A DNA stretch of 64,000 bases from Squalus acanthias (taxonomy: Eukaryota): the NCBI GenBank assembly GCA_030390025.1, contig CM059432.1:95296001-95360000 (forward strand), read 5' to 3'. The first letter of the stretch is position 1. Each line of letters opens with the position of its first letter. Of the stretch, positions 25,573 to 38,194 are shown piece after piece. Both the position numbers and the translations under genes were made by a program. The notes below the pieces were generated by a model. The model saw nothing but the letters and a program-made list of their open reading frames with translations, ran no database searches and was not told the origin of the DNA.

Positions 25573-28080
25573 TGAAGTAGTGGAGAGGAGATATAAGGTG
25601 CACAGAGGTCTGAGAGAGACAAACAGCACTAGAATTAAAGAGTAGTTCATAAATAGATGGGATCAGACAGGGGTAAATGCGAGGCAGACTAAGATGGGGT
25701 TAGAGTGCAAGTGTGTGAATGCCCGGAGTGTGGTAAATAAAGTTGGTGAACTGCAGGCGCAAAGGATTATGATAGAGTGGCAATAACGGAGACCAGGCTC
25801 AAACAAGGAGAGGAATGGGCACTTAATATTCCTGGCTACAATGTATTCAGGAAAGATAGGGAAGGAAAAAAAGGAGGGGGGACTGGCAGCATTGCTGATA
25901 CTGTGGCAGCAGTAGAAAGGGATGATGTACTTGAGGGCTCAAAGACAGCATCTATTTGGTTAGAATTAAGGAACAATAGAGGAGCTATTATGCTGCTGGG
26001 TATATACTATAGGTCACCAAATAGTGGGAAGGCAATAGAGGAACAAATTTGCAGGCAAATTGCAGAAAGTTGCAAGAAATTTAGAGTAGTGATAATGGAC
26101 GACTTCAATTATCCTAATATAGACTGGAAAAATAACAATGTAAAGGGCAAAGAGGGGGAGGAATTCCTGAAATATGTACAAGAGAACTTTTTTGATTAGT
26201 ATGTTTCCAGCCCAATGAGGAACGAAGTGGTGCTGGATCTAGTTCTGGAGAATGAAGTGGGGCAAGTGGAACAGACTGAGCAAGTAAACCTCTATTTATA
26301 AACAGAGGCATAGGGCTGGATTTTCATTGACCCGTGGAGGTGGGTTTGGAGGCGTGTGGGGGGTTAAAATTGCGAAAACTGGCGGGCGGGCACGAGCCCG
26401 CCTCCATCCCGCCTCCACGCAATTTTCATTAAATTGTGTCTGCTGGTCCCGCCTCTGTCCTGCCTCCAAGAGGCGGGATAGGTCGTTAAGGCCCTTAACA
26501 AGCACTAAATTGCCTCTATAATGCCATTTTGAAAGGCCTTTGTGATTTTAACCCTTTTTCTATGTGAAGCACGCCTGTTCTGAACCACGAATGTGAAGGC
26601 AGGCTGGCTGGCTGATCTGGGAGTGGTGGTGCAAGGGAGACATATCTGGGAGTGGTGGTGCAAGGGAGACATATCTGGGAGTGGTGGTGCAAAAATATCT
26701 GGGAGCAGACTTCGGGCTGCTGCTGCTCATTTTGCATCCAGGTCCTCTCACAGCAAAGGCCAGGCAGTCTTTGCAGAACTTCAATGCAGCAGCAATGATG
26801 ACATCATCAGAGGTGACTTTCAGACTGAAAACACTAATTGGGTCATGGGTTCCCACATGCTGGAACTCAATTGCCCAATTAGGTGAAAATCACATCAATC
26901 TCCCACATCCAATTGCAGTCGGGTGGATAACACGACCCCAACCCGCCCCAGTATCAAAATCCAGACTCACAGGTTGAATTGACTCCTCTACTCTTTGCAC
27001 GAGTGAGGCGTGGAGCAGTGGCTGTTGCCTGTGCATTCTCTGGCTGCAGAGCTCTGGAGCAGTCGCCCTTGGAGAGGAGCTGTTGGGGGACTTGTCTGTG
27101 TCTCTCTGCGAGGAGGAGGAGGAGCGCCTGCTACTACTGCTGCTGCTACAGAGGTGCCTGGAGAGGAGAGGAGAGGAGAGGAGAGGTCTCACTCTCTCTG
27201 TGCACAGGAGGAAGAGGAGAGAGTGGAGACCACATCCAGCACTGCTGTTGCTGCTGCTACTGAAGTGCCAGAAGAGAGAGAGGAGAGGAGAGGAGAGAGA
27301 AACCAACACCAGGGAAGCTAATCCCATCACTGCCTCCCCAACTGGTCTCCATTGCAAGAGAGGGAGAGAGGGAAGGAGAAGGAACAAGCCTTATTAACAT
27401 CTGCTTGGAAGGAGGGAGAGCCATCTGGAAAACAACTGCAGGTGGGTGTAAAGGTGCACTCTCCAGGAGACTTTGTATTTAGGTGGGGGGAGGAAAAGAA
27501 GGACAAAAACATCCTGGGGTGTGTGTGTGTGGCTCTTGCAAAAAACTAGGCCACACACACCACCAGTAAACACCCCTCCTCATTCCTTGACCTGGGATAG
27601 CTGGAGCTGCCCAGGCGAAGTCCTCAACTAATTATCTAATTTCAAACATCGTTAAGACTGAGCCTGGGCATCTCCAGCTTGCTTTTTTCCGAGGTGAAGA
27701 CATCTTCTCCCCCCACCAGAAGAGGAGACCATCAACAGAGACTTTTCTTTTACATTGGAGAGTGCACCCCCGCGAACACCCACCCACCATCTTGAGTGGA
27801 GACCCAACCCCTGTGACCTCCCTCCTTCCCACCCCCCTTTCTCTCTCTCTTTGTCTCTCTCTGCCTCTCTCTCCATAGAGGCACCTCTTTTAACTGTATC
27901 ACCTATTGAGCAGAGGGGAGAAGGCCCCTCTCCTAATTAAGTCACCAAGGGGAGGGGTGTGCCTTCACGTATTAAAAAGCTCCCTCTGCTTGGGAAAAAA
28001 CTTATAAAACCAAGGCCAATCAACCCCATCCGGCCTGTGACTAGGGGTGGGTGTAGCCCTTCTTAAAGATCAACCCCACG

Positions 28081-30137
28081 ATGGCGAGCCCATCAACGGC
28101 GGCGGCGGGGCCAGCTAGATCATGTGCAGGCGTGGCAGCCACAGCCACAGCGAATTCCACTGCTTCTGCTGCCCCGTCGCCGTTCCGGCTAATTACAAAA
28201 AAACACTCACCCCAACATGACGATAGAGTCGTGCGTAAAAGCCATGGCTGGGGTTGTCGGCCCTTCAGCCATCGTTGCCGCCTTGAAAATGTACGGGAAG
28301 GCTGTGTTCTTCCTGGGGTCGGAGCGGGCGGTGTCCCTGGCCATAACCAAGGGACTCACCGTGAGCGGGATCATCTTGCCGGTGGACCCTCTCGAGGCCA
28401 CCGCGCAGAGGGTCATAATTTCTAACATCCCGCCCTTTGTCACGGGTGAGCTCCTTCTCCCCCACCTACGTCAACTGGGGGAGGTGAGGTCGGAGATTAC
28501 ACCGATCCCGCTCGGCTGCAGGGAGGCCAGCCTCCGGCATGTCCTCTCCTTCCGGCGCCAAGTCTTTATCCAGCTGGCGCGGGAGGAGGAGACCGAGGAC
28601 GCCTTCGCGGTCCACCATGAGGGGACCGCCTACCGCGTCTTTTGGACATCGGACGGTGTGCGGTGCCACGCCTGTAAGGAGGTGGGGCACGTCCAGAAAA
28701 ACTGCCCCGCCTCCAGGGCCACCGGAACATCAAAGGCGGCCAAGGCTGGCGCCACCGCCACCCACCCACCCCCCTATCCTACCCGCACAGCCACAACAAC
28801 AGATGCGAGGGCAGCGCCGGAGGCTAATGCCATCACGGCCTCCAGCGGGGGGGCGGGAGAGCGTCCGGGTGGGGTGAAGAAGCGGCGCAAGACCAAACAC
28901 CTGAGGGCGGATCCCCTCGTGGAGCGAGAAGGCAATGATGTTTTGCCGGAACTCTCACCCGCGTACCTCGAAGAGCTGACCGCAAAATCAAAGAGTGGGG
29001 GGTGCCTCGTGCCCAGGCCCGCAGCCACGACCGCCGAGGCGGTAACACCAAGACCTGCGGCCGGGCTCGGGCCCGAGGGAACCACAGAAAAGCCCGCTCG
29101 GCGGGGGGGCGTGGGAGATAGTATGGAAATCTCCCAGACTCCGGGTCCCTCCAAACCAAAAAGGAGGCGTGACCACCTGGTGGAGGAGGAGGAGGACCAG
29201 GAAGAGCGGGGTCCCTCCCCGCAGGGGGAATCATCGCTCGCCGCGGGTAATGCGCCCCCTCCCACTGTCACTACCATCATCACTCGGCAGGAGTTGCCTG
29301 TCCCCCGGGAGGGCACGACAGATGAATCTGTCCTGCCTGTGCCTCCCGGGGATGGGGAAGGGACCCTGCTCGTGGGGGGGGCCGCGGAACTACCCGCGGC
29401 AGTCGCAGAACCGTCACCTCTCGCCATGTTGAGTGCCCTGGGGACTGGGGCGGGCGAGGCCGAAGAGGCCGAGCTCGCCCATGACAGTCAGGATATCTCC
29501 CAGGAGCTGCTCGACATGGTGGAAACCTTACATGAGGTTTCCCAGCCTGCTGGGTCGGTGGCTGATGGTGGTGAAGAGGGGGGCCCCCTGAATCCGTCGC
29601 TGGCGCCGGGGGACCTGGGATCAGATTTCTCCCCGGTGTCCCCGTGCGCCCCGGTGCCTGGGGCGGGGGGCGGGCCCTGAACCGCCGCCGCTTCCCGACC
29701 CGGCACCCCCAGAGGAGCCCAGGGAGAACTCCTCTGCTGCCGATCCTGGGGGTGGGATCGGGACAGAGGCGGGGCCGGCCGACGACGACCCCCCAGAGGA
29801 GGACGGGGACCCGGCGGAGGGCACTGAGGGCGAGTCGGACTCCGTCGCCAGTGAGGCGGCGGATACCCTCGTGCCCCTCGCCGAGTCCTCCCTCATCCCC
29901 ATTGCAGTGCTCCGGGACTTTGTGGCCACGTGCCAGGGTCGCCGTAACAAAATCAGGCTGGCCCTCGACAGGTGGTCAGATCCGGCGCTGCTCGTCGGCT
30001 CCGCCTGTGCCGCGGTCATAACCTTGGGCACGGACGAGGGCGTGAGTCCGTCTGAGCGACGCCGGATGAGTCAGTTCTTCGTTGGGCTGAAAAGGGAGTG
30101 GCGGTCGACTAGCGGCCGCTCTCCCTCCTCCCGTTAG
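28081..30137 (+). pseudogene. Tx1 ORF1 (gag-like zinc-knuckle protein), frameshifted
   Basis: ISNIPPFV, HVLSFRRQVFI, CHACKEVGHVQKNC (CX2CX4HX4C) and a long low-complexity C-terminus, spread over several frames. Confidence 0.88.
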
Positions 30138-30167
30138 GTTAAGTAGAGGTTGCACTATGCACTTGTC

Positions 30168-33100
30168 ATGAAGATAACCATAGCCAGCCTCAACATCAAC
30201 AGCAGCAGGGAGGCGCACCGCAGATTTAATAACTTCTCGGTCCTCCGGGACGGAAGGTATGCGGTGTGCTTCCTGCAGGAAACCCACACCGTTCCGGGAG
30301 ACGAGGCCACGTGGCTCCTGGAGTGGCAAGGAGGGGTCAGCATGAGTCGCCTCTCCAACAATTCCTGCGGGGTGGCCATCTTGCTGGCCCCACATTTTCA
30401 GCCGGAGATCTTGGGGGTCAAGGAGCACGTGCCGGGCCGCTTGCTCCAGGTCACTGTTCGCCTGGGGGATGTGCCGCTTCATCTAGTGAACGTGTACGCC
30501 CCCCAGGCCGGCGTGCAGCAAGCGCGCTTCTTTGAAGAAGTGTCCGCTCTTCTAAGCTCCATCGACGTTGGCGAGTGCATCGTCCTCGGGGGGGATTTTA
30601 ATTGTACCCTCGAGGTGCGGGACCGGTCGGGCCCCCCGCCGTGCCAGGCGGCGGTGGAGAAGTTGAGGGACCTGGTCGGGTCCCTCGACTTGGTGGACGT
30701 CTGGCGAAATCTCCATCCTGACTCCAGCGCCTTCACGAGCGTGAGGTCTGGAGGAGGAAGGTCCAGAATCGACCGCCTTTATATTTCCCGGGCGTACGTC
30801 TCCTGCATTCCGGCGGCCTCCATGCGGCCGGTGCCGTGCACGGACCACCACCTGGTGTGGGTGGAGCTCGCTCCGTTGCGTGCGCGGGGGGGTCCGCGTA
30901 CTGGCATTTTAACAACCTGCTGCTGGAGGACGAGTGGTTCCGGGATTCGTTTCGCCGGTTCTGGGCCGACTGGAGAAGGAAGCAGGGGGGGCTTCCCCTC
31001 CTTGAGGCTATGGTGGGACGTGGGCAAGGCTCACGTCCGTCTCTTCTGTCAGGAGTACGCGAGGGGGTCGACCAAGAGGCGGGAGGGCCGGGTCGGGCGA
31101 TTGGAGAAAGAAGTGCTCGACCTGGAGTCCCGTCTCGGTCAAGTTGTCGAAGACCCGGCCCTGCGGAAGGTGTACGAAGAGAAGAAGGGCGCGCTGAAGG
31201 ACCTGCAGCTGGTCGGGTCCCGAGGCGCGTACGTGAGGTCGCGGATCCAGTTCCTGCGGGACATGGACCGCGGCTCCCCCTTCTACTTGCTGGAAAAAAG
31301 ACGAGGGGTCCGTAAGCAGCTCTTGGGGCTGCTGGCTGACGATGGATCTCTGGTCTCGGATCCGGAGGGGATCAGCGCGGAGACCTGGGCCGATTACGGG
31401 GCTCTGTTCTCTCTGGATCTGTCCAGCGAGGATGCGTGCAGAGTTTTGTGGGAGGACCTGCCGAAGGTCAGCCCGGAGGGCGCTGAAAAACTGGATGCTC
31501 CGCTAAGCCTGGCGGAGCTGACCGGCGCCCTCGACCAGCTCTCAAGGGGAAAATCCCCGGGGCTGGACGGGCTGACCGCGGAGTTCCACAGGGCATTCTG
31601 GGATGTCTTGGGGGGGTGACTACGCGCGGGTCCTGGGGGAAGTCTGGCGACCGGGGAGATGCCCCTCTCTTGGCGCAGGGCGGTGATCGTCCTGCTGCCA
31701 AAGAAGGGCGATCTCCGCTTATTAAAAAACTGCCGCCCGGTCTCCCTCCTCAGCACGGACTATAAGATTTTTGCCAGGGCCATGTCTGCCCGCCTTGGCA
31801 CCGTGCTGGCCCACATGATCCACCCCGACCAGTCCCGGGCCGGAGCATCCATGACAACATCCATCTGGTCCGGGACCTGATCCACCATTCCCAGAGGGCT
31901 GGTCTGTCGTCCGCCTTCCTTTCCCTAGATCAGGAGAAGGCGTTCGACAGGGTGGATCACGAGTACCTTCTCGGAACTCTGCGCGCATTCGGGTTCGGGA
32001 CGCATTTCGTCGCCCGGATCCAACTTCTGTACGCCGCCGCGGAGTGTCTGATTAAAGATAACTGGTCTTTGACGGTGCCCCTTCGCTTCGGGAGGGGGCT
32101 ACGTCAGGGATGCCCCATGTCCGGTCAGTTATACACCGTTTGCGTGGAGCCTTTCCTGCGCCTCTTGCGGAAGAGGTTGACGGGACTGGCTCTGCAAGGG
32201 CCGGGCGTGGAGGTCGTCCTCTCGGCTTACGCCGATGACGTGCTCCTCGCGGTCACGGATTCCGTCGACTTGCGGAGGATGCGAGAATGCCAGCAGATTT
32301 AATCGGACGCATCCTCTGCCAGGATCAACTGGGAGAAATGTTCTGGACTCCTGCTGGGCCAGTGGCGGGTGGACTCCCTGCCGGAGGAGTTCAGGCCTTT
32401 CGCCTGGAGCACCACTCACCTCCTCTACCTGGGAGTCCACCTCCGCCCTGCCGAGGACGCCTGGCCGGCGAACTGGCAAGAGCTGGAGGCCAAAGTCACC
32501 GCTCGCCTAGGGCGCTGGACAGGACTGCTCCGAGTGTTGTCCTACAGGGGTCGAGCGCTGGTCATAAACCAGCTGGTGGCCGCCATGTTGTGGTGCTGGT
32601 TGGTCACTTTGATCCCTCCCCCTGCGTTTGTCGCCAAGATACAGAAGAGGCTCATCGACTTCTTCTGGGACAAAAGGAAGCACTGGGTCTCTGCCGCGGT
32701 TCGGAGTCTCCCGCTTAGGGAGGGCGGTCAGGCGCTGGTGTGCCTTCGCACCCAGGTGGCGACTTTCCGTCTTCAGACACTGCAGAGATACCTGTACGTA
32801 GAGAATCCTCCTCGATGGTGTGCGATGGCGACGTATTTCTTCCACCAGCTGCACGGCCTCAATTACGACACGCAGCTCCTGTTTGTGCTATTGGGCGGAA
32901 CGCGTGCCTACCTGTGGGAGCTGCCTGTCTTCTACCAGGAACTGCTATGGGTCTGGAATAAGGTTGCCTCCAGGCAGAGTTCTCCCTCGTCAGGAGTGGC
33001 GGCTCTCCTTTGGGAGCCGCTGCTCAGGAATCCGCACCTCCATGACCGCGGGTTCGGCTGGCTGGTGGAGGGCAGGGCTGTGCCTGGCAAGGTGACCAGA

Positions 33101-34053
33101 GTTGGGGACCTGCTCGATGGCGGAGGAGCGGGCTGGATGGTGCCGGAGGAGTTGGCGCGGTGCCTGTCCTGGGTCGACGTCTGGCGCGCGGCCAAAACCA
33201 TCGGGCCGCTGAAAGTGGCACTGGGCCCCGACTCCACTAGGTGTATCGAGGAGGCTCAGGCACGTGGGGCGATCCCGTCCGAACTGACCACCGTTCGGAC
33301 GGAATTCCTCATCGGCGCGCGGCCCCGAAACCCCTCTCGGGAACCGGCACCTCACAACTTGAGCCTTCTCGGGAAATGCCCTCCGTGCCCTTTAGCTCTG
33401 CGCGGAGGGGTTTCCTGTATGGGCTGCTCCTGCACACTCTCCACTTTGTCATCTTCGCCTACCGACCGGACACGCCTTGGCGTGCCATCCTGCCGTCCGG
33501 CGGAGGCGGAGGTCCCCAATGGAGGGCTCTCTACGCGGGAGTCCTCCCCTTTTCTATTGGGGACATGGCCTGTAGGGTGTTGCATGGAGCAGTCCCGTGC
33601 AATAAGTTTCTAAGTAGGTTCACGGACTCCCAGGCCGCCTGCCATTTCTGCGGCCTAGTGGAGTCCGTGTTCCATGTGTATATGGAGTGCGAGAGGTTGC
33701 AGCCCCTGTTTTATTATTTGAAGGGGCTGCTCCTTGATTTTTCGCTACACTTCAGTCCCACGCTCCTGATCTACGATCACCCGGTGTGGAGGGGAGCGGG
33801 CAGGTCGGAGGACCTCCTCGTAGGACTGCTCCTGGGCCTGGCCAAAGTGGCCATTAATAGGTCCAGGCAGCGGGCGGTCGAGGGGGTCGTCTGGCCCGAT
33901 TGCCTGCCTCTCTTCCGTGGCTATGTTCGCGGCCGGGTGGCCCTGGAGATGGAGCATGCGGTGTCCGCCAGCAAGCTCGAGGCCTTCTGGGACAGGTGGG
34001 CGCCGCGGGCACTGGAGTGCATCATCTCGCGGGCCGACGAAATTTTAATTTAA
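30168..34053 (+). pseudogene. Tx1 ORF2 (APE endonuclease, reverse transcriptase, zinc finger), disrupted
   Basis: SLNIN, FLQETH, VNVYAP, GGDFN, SRIDRLY, TDH, KSPGLDGL, RPVSLLSTDYK, RQGCPMSG, AYADD, CHFCG..HVYMEC. Several frameshifts and a TAA at 32300-32302. Confidence 0.93.
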
Positions 34054-34964
34054 TCTGATTTATTTGAAGGTCCCGTAAAGTGAATGGGTATGACAAAAGA
34101 TGTCAAAATCCAGCCCATAGAGTACAAAAGCAAGGAAGTTATGCTAAACCTTTATAAAACACTGGTTAGGCCCAGCTGGAGTATTGTGGCCAATTCTGGG
34201 CACCACACTGTAGGAAGATGTCAAGGCCTTAGAGAGAGTGCCGAGGAGATTTACTAGAATGGTATCAGGGATGAAAGACTTCAGTTACAGAGAAACTGGA
34301 GTTATTCTCCTTAGAGCAGAGAAGGTTAAGGAGAAATTTGATAGAGGTGTTCAAAATCTTGAAGGGTTTTGATAGAGTAAATAAGGAGAAACTGTTTCCA
34401 GTGGCAGAAGGATCGGAACCAGAGGACACAGATTTAAGGTAATTGGCAAAGGAACCAGAGGTGACATGAGGGGAAAAAAATTACACAACGAGTTGTTATG
34501 ATCTGGAATGCACTGCTTCTATGATTCTATAAATCGATGTAAAGTATTATATTACTTCTGTGTAGATCTAAAAAATAATGTAGACACTGCAATTTTTTTC
34601 AATTATAGAATCATAGAATAATACAGCACGGAAGGAGTCCATTCAGCCCATCGCGCCTGTGCTGGCTCTTTGAAAGAGCCATCAATTAGTCCCACTTATA
34701 ACTTGAATGTACTGTATTTTGCAAAAACCATAATGTTCCAAAATGTTAAGGGTAATTTGTAAAATATATGTGGTTTGTAAGACCATGTAATTTCTAAATC
34801 AATGGCATTTACAGAGTAAACAATAACCAAAATTCTGCTTCCATTCCACAATTACAAAGTCGCAGAGTGCCATCGGTTCTCTAACCTTGTCTTATTTCTA
34901 AATGTATACAAGCAGTGAAATGGTAGATTTGCATTATAGAAGTAATTTTCTGAGCATTTAATGG

Positions 34965-35320
34965 TTGTCCCTATCTCTGTAACCTTCTCCAGCCCAACAA
35001 CCCTCCAAGAACGCTGCGTATCTTCAAGTCTGGCCCCTTGTGCATCCTCAACTTCCTTCACCCCATCATTGGTGGCCGTGCCTTCAGTTGTCTAGGGCCT
35101 AAGCTCTGGAATTCCCTCCCTAAACCTCTCTGCATCTCCACCTCTCTCCTCCTTTAAGCCACTCCTTAAAACCTACCTCTGTGATCAAGCATTTGGTCAC
35201 CTGTTCTCTGGCTCAGTGTCAATTTGTTTGTCTGATTACGCTCCTGCGAAGTGGCTCGGGATGTTTTACTGAATTAAATGCGCTATATAATTGCAAGTTG
35301 CTGTTGTTGTTGTTGTTGTG
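34965..35320 (+). mobile_element. L2 LINE 3' end
   Basis: Matches 60590-60940; (TTG)n tail. Confidence 0.85.
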
Positions 35321-35377
35321 GTAAAATCGTACACACAGTATGGCCGAATTGCCAATTTGCATTGCCAATGGTCAAGT

Positions 35378-35689
35378 GGGCAACACGGTGGCATAGTGGT
35401 TAGCACTGTTGCCTCACAGCGCCAGGGACCCGGGTTCGAATCCGGCCTCGGGTGACTGTCTGTGTGGAATTTGCACATTCTCCCCGTGTCTGCATGGGTT
35501 TCCTCCGGGTGCTCCGGTTTCCTCCCACAGTCCAAAGATGTGCGGGTTAGGTTGATTTGGCTATGATAAATTGACCCTTCGTGTTAGGGGGATTAAATAC
35601 GTGGGGTTACGGGGATAGGGTGGGATATGTGTCGGTGCAGGCTCGATGGGCCGAAATGGCCTCTATCTGCACTGTGGGGATTCTGTGAC
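35378..35689 (+). mobile_element. V-SINE (HE1-like)
   Basis: tRNA head GGTGGCATAGTGG..GGTTCGAATCC, V-domain TTCTCCCCGTGTCTGCATGGGTTTCCTCCGGGTGCTCCGGTTTCCTCCCACAGTCCAAAGA, CR1-like tail GGGCCGAAATGGCCT. Confidence 0.92.
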
Positions 35690-36014
35690 TCCCCACCAGG
35701 AATGCAGAATCGGAAAATTACCCATCAAATGTGCCCTTTTTGTTAAAATAAAACATGGATAAATGTGTTGATTTTTTTCAATGCCTTTTTCTTTTTCTCG
35801 CTAATTTTCTCCCCTCCCCATAACTCATGAGCATAGAAATTCTGGTGGCACTGGTGCATTGCTGGAAGTTAAATGGCCCGGAACCTCCGCCTGCCAGTAT
35901 GAGCCCATCCCAAATCCCAAGGACAGGGTCTTCTACATGTTGTGGGTGGGTGGGGGGAACCCACAGGCTGGTGTGGCAAATATTTGGAAGCCTGTAATAG
36001 TTTTTGAGAGTCGG

Positions 36015-36269
36015 GCCATTTAGGAGTGAAATCAGGAAGCACTTTTCCACACACAGGGTAGTGGAAATCCAGAACTCTCTCCCCCAAAAGGATGCGGATG
36101 CTCGGTCAATTGAAATTTTCAGGACTGAGCTGCATAGCTTTCTGTTAGGTTAGGGTATCAAGGGATATGGAAAAAAGGCAGGTAAATGGAGTTGAGATAC
36201 AGATCAGCCATGAGCTATTTGAATGGTGGAACAGGCTTGAGGTGCTGAAAGGCCTCCTCCCGTTCCTAT
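36015..36269 (+). mobile_element. CR1 3' end
   Basis: Similar to 10975-11240. Confidence 0.85.
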
Positions 36270-36947
36270 GGCCTTGATTTTAACTCCCTCTGCCTGGCAG
36301 AAACCAGGCGGGGGGCAATGAAAATGGAGAGGCGGACTTACCCATTCCTTTCCCTCCCCGATCTGACTGACTGCAATTTTAAATTGCATGCGTCAAGGAC
36401 ATCCGCCACAAGCTGGTGGAGTCCTCTTTAAATATGCAGGTTGGGCTCCAATTACACCATTGGGGCCCGATCTGCGATTTGAACCAGAGGCCTGAGCGAG
36501 GTAGCAGTGATGGCTTCTCTGCCAGGTAAAACCTGCCAGGAGCTGGATCGTGGGCCAGAATAGGCCCAGCAAGGTAAGTTTAACATTTTCTTTTGTTTCC
36601 TTGTGGGCCAAGTGGGGCAGGAGTTCTTCTCCAGGCCCCACAATGAAACCTTAGGTCTCCCTTGCCCCGGGCTTCCCCCCCCCCCCGCCTCTCTCCTGAT
36701 CACGATCACCTCCAGACCCCTCCCCCTCACAACTTGCCCGACTGCCGGTGTCCATTCTCACGGGTCCCAGGCAGCGGTGTCCTGCCGCCCAAATTCCCGC
36801 TCCTGCCTGGTAGCCAGTAATTCCTGCCCGGTTCGGGCGGCAGTCCGAGCCTGAATACTTAAATGAGGTGCGGGCCTCGGTATGTAAGCCTGTCACTCGC
36901 CCAGGCCTCCTGCATGCACCGATCTCACCCGACTTAAAATTGAGGCC
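36270..36947. mobile_element. Harbinger-type MITE
   Basis: TIRs GGCCTTGATTTTAA / TTAAAATTGAGGCC; TAT at 36267-36269 and 36948-36950. Confidence 0.88.
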
Positions 36948-37699
36948 TATGTTCACAAAATCTGAATTATTGGCTACACTTTAAAGTGACATCAACAACA
37001 TAAATGTCTTTAAATGGCCTTGAGATCTCTGATGTGCCTTTTTCTCTCTCTCTCACTATGCTTCCCCCTCTCTCTTTCTAAAGGCTATTGTCTCGAGTAC
37101 ATGCAAATTGAATCATTTTTAAGATGTTCTGAAATGTATGTGTTTTTCTAAGTCTATCACATCCCACATTTTTCCATTTTTAAAGTGTTTTCATGCAAAT
37201 GATGACTCACTAATCTTTTGGGATGTGGTCTATGACCAGAAGTGATTCACCAGCTAGGCTCCTATCAAAATATGTGGGACAAGAGTGATCAGAAATGTTA
37301 TTGAAAAACTGTGGGACAACAGCAAGACCTCTAGGAAAAGAAACCGGGGTCCATTTTAACGGACCCTACCTGGCGGGAATAGGACAGGCCATTTAAAATC
37401 GATTGATTCGACTTACTGTCCCCTCCCCTTGTAATTGCGCTGGCCACTGTTTTAACTTCTGTCTTTATTTAGGTGGCTGAGAGGCCTGCCAGAATCGGGT
37501 GGGTGCTTCATGATTGCATGCAAATTGGGGTCCCATGATGTAATGAGCACCCCAAAACTATTTTAACTGGGTGGGATAAAAGCCCCACCGAGCAATCAAC
37601 CTACTGAGTTATACCTCAGTTGGAGGAAGAGGAGCAGCAGCTGCCTCAACAACCAGGACAAGCAGCAGTTGGGCTTGTTAGAAAACAGCAGGTGAGAAA

Positions 37700-38190
37700 G
37701 CCTGTTTGTAGAGGCCTTACCCAGCCCACGGGGTCTATAGGCTAGAAGTCACTTTCCTGGCTGTGACTGAGGAGCACTGCATCAGGAGGCTGTGCTTCAT
37801 GAGGAAGGCAGTCACTGATCTATGCAGCTTTCTGCAACAGGGGCCAGTTGCCTGCTGGTCCAAGGGACCATGCTTTTCAAGTGCCTGTCAAAGTAACCAC
37901 CGTCCTGAACCTCTTCGCTTCTGGCTCTTTCCAGGTGGTTACCCACACCACCCAGTCAGCAGTGCACAGCTGCATCAAGCAGGTCATCATTGCCCTATTT
38001 GTCAGGGCCAATCAATATATCACTTTTCCAACGGGTGCCAATATTCAAAATGGTAGAGCTCTGGGATTTGCAGCAGTGGCTAGCTTCCCTCATGTGCAGG
38101 GAGTTATAGACTGCACTCATGTAGCCATCAAGACACCAGAAACTGAGCCAGAAGCTTTCTTCAACAAGTAGGGCTCTCTCTCAATTTTTG
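37700..38190 (+). pseudogene. Harbinger (HARBI1-like) DDE transposase N-terminal fragment
   Basis: TEEHCIRRLCF, VKVTTVLNLFASGSFQ, FPHVQGVIDCTHVAIK. Confidence 0.88.
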
Positions 38191-38194
38191 TCCA

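Larger units (their letters stand above)
26965..34102 (+). mobile_element. Full-length Tx1-clade non-LTR retrotransposon (about 7.1 kb)
   Basis: Long 5' region, CCHC-type ORF1, APE-RT-zinc finger ORF2, short 3' UTR. TCAAAATCCAG on both sides (26954-26964, 34103-34113). Confidence 0.93.
26313..34116. mobile_element. Harbinger-type MITE (26313-26964 plus 34103-34116) split in its right TIR by Tx1
   Basis: Highly similar to 19048-19759. TIRs GGGCTGGATTTT / AAAATCCAGCCC. ATA duplicated at 26310-26312 and 34117-34119. Confidence 0.92.
24780..34530 (+). mobile_element. Internally deleted CR1 LINE hosting RTE, MITE and Tx1 insertions (CR1 pieces at about 24780-24858, 25573-26312, 34117-34530)
   Basis: ORF1 end (SAVGEGLN*), endonuclease AITET..YNVFRKDR..DFNYPNIDW. 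FINRGI|EYKSKEVMLNLYK reads through once the MITE is removed. Confidence 0.88.

Noticed and set aside
28774..33957. Many antisense ORFs over Tx1
   Set aside because: Expected shadow ORFs in GC-rich coding sequence.
35378..35450. tRNA gene (also the heads at about 5130 and 16800)
   Set aside because: The A/B boxes run directly into SINE bodies, and no full cloverleaf or terminator is evident.
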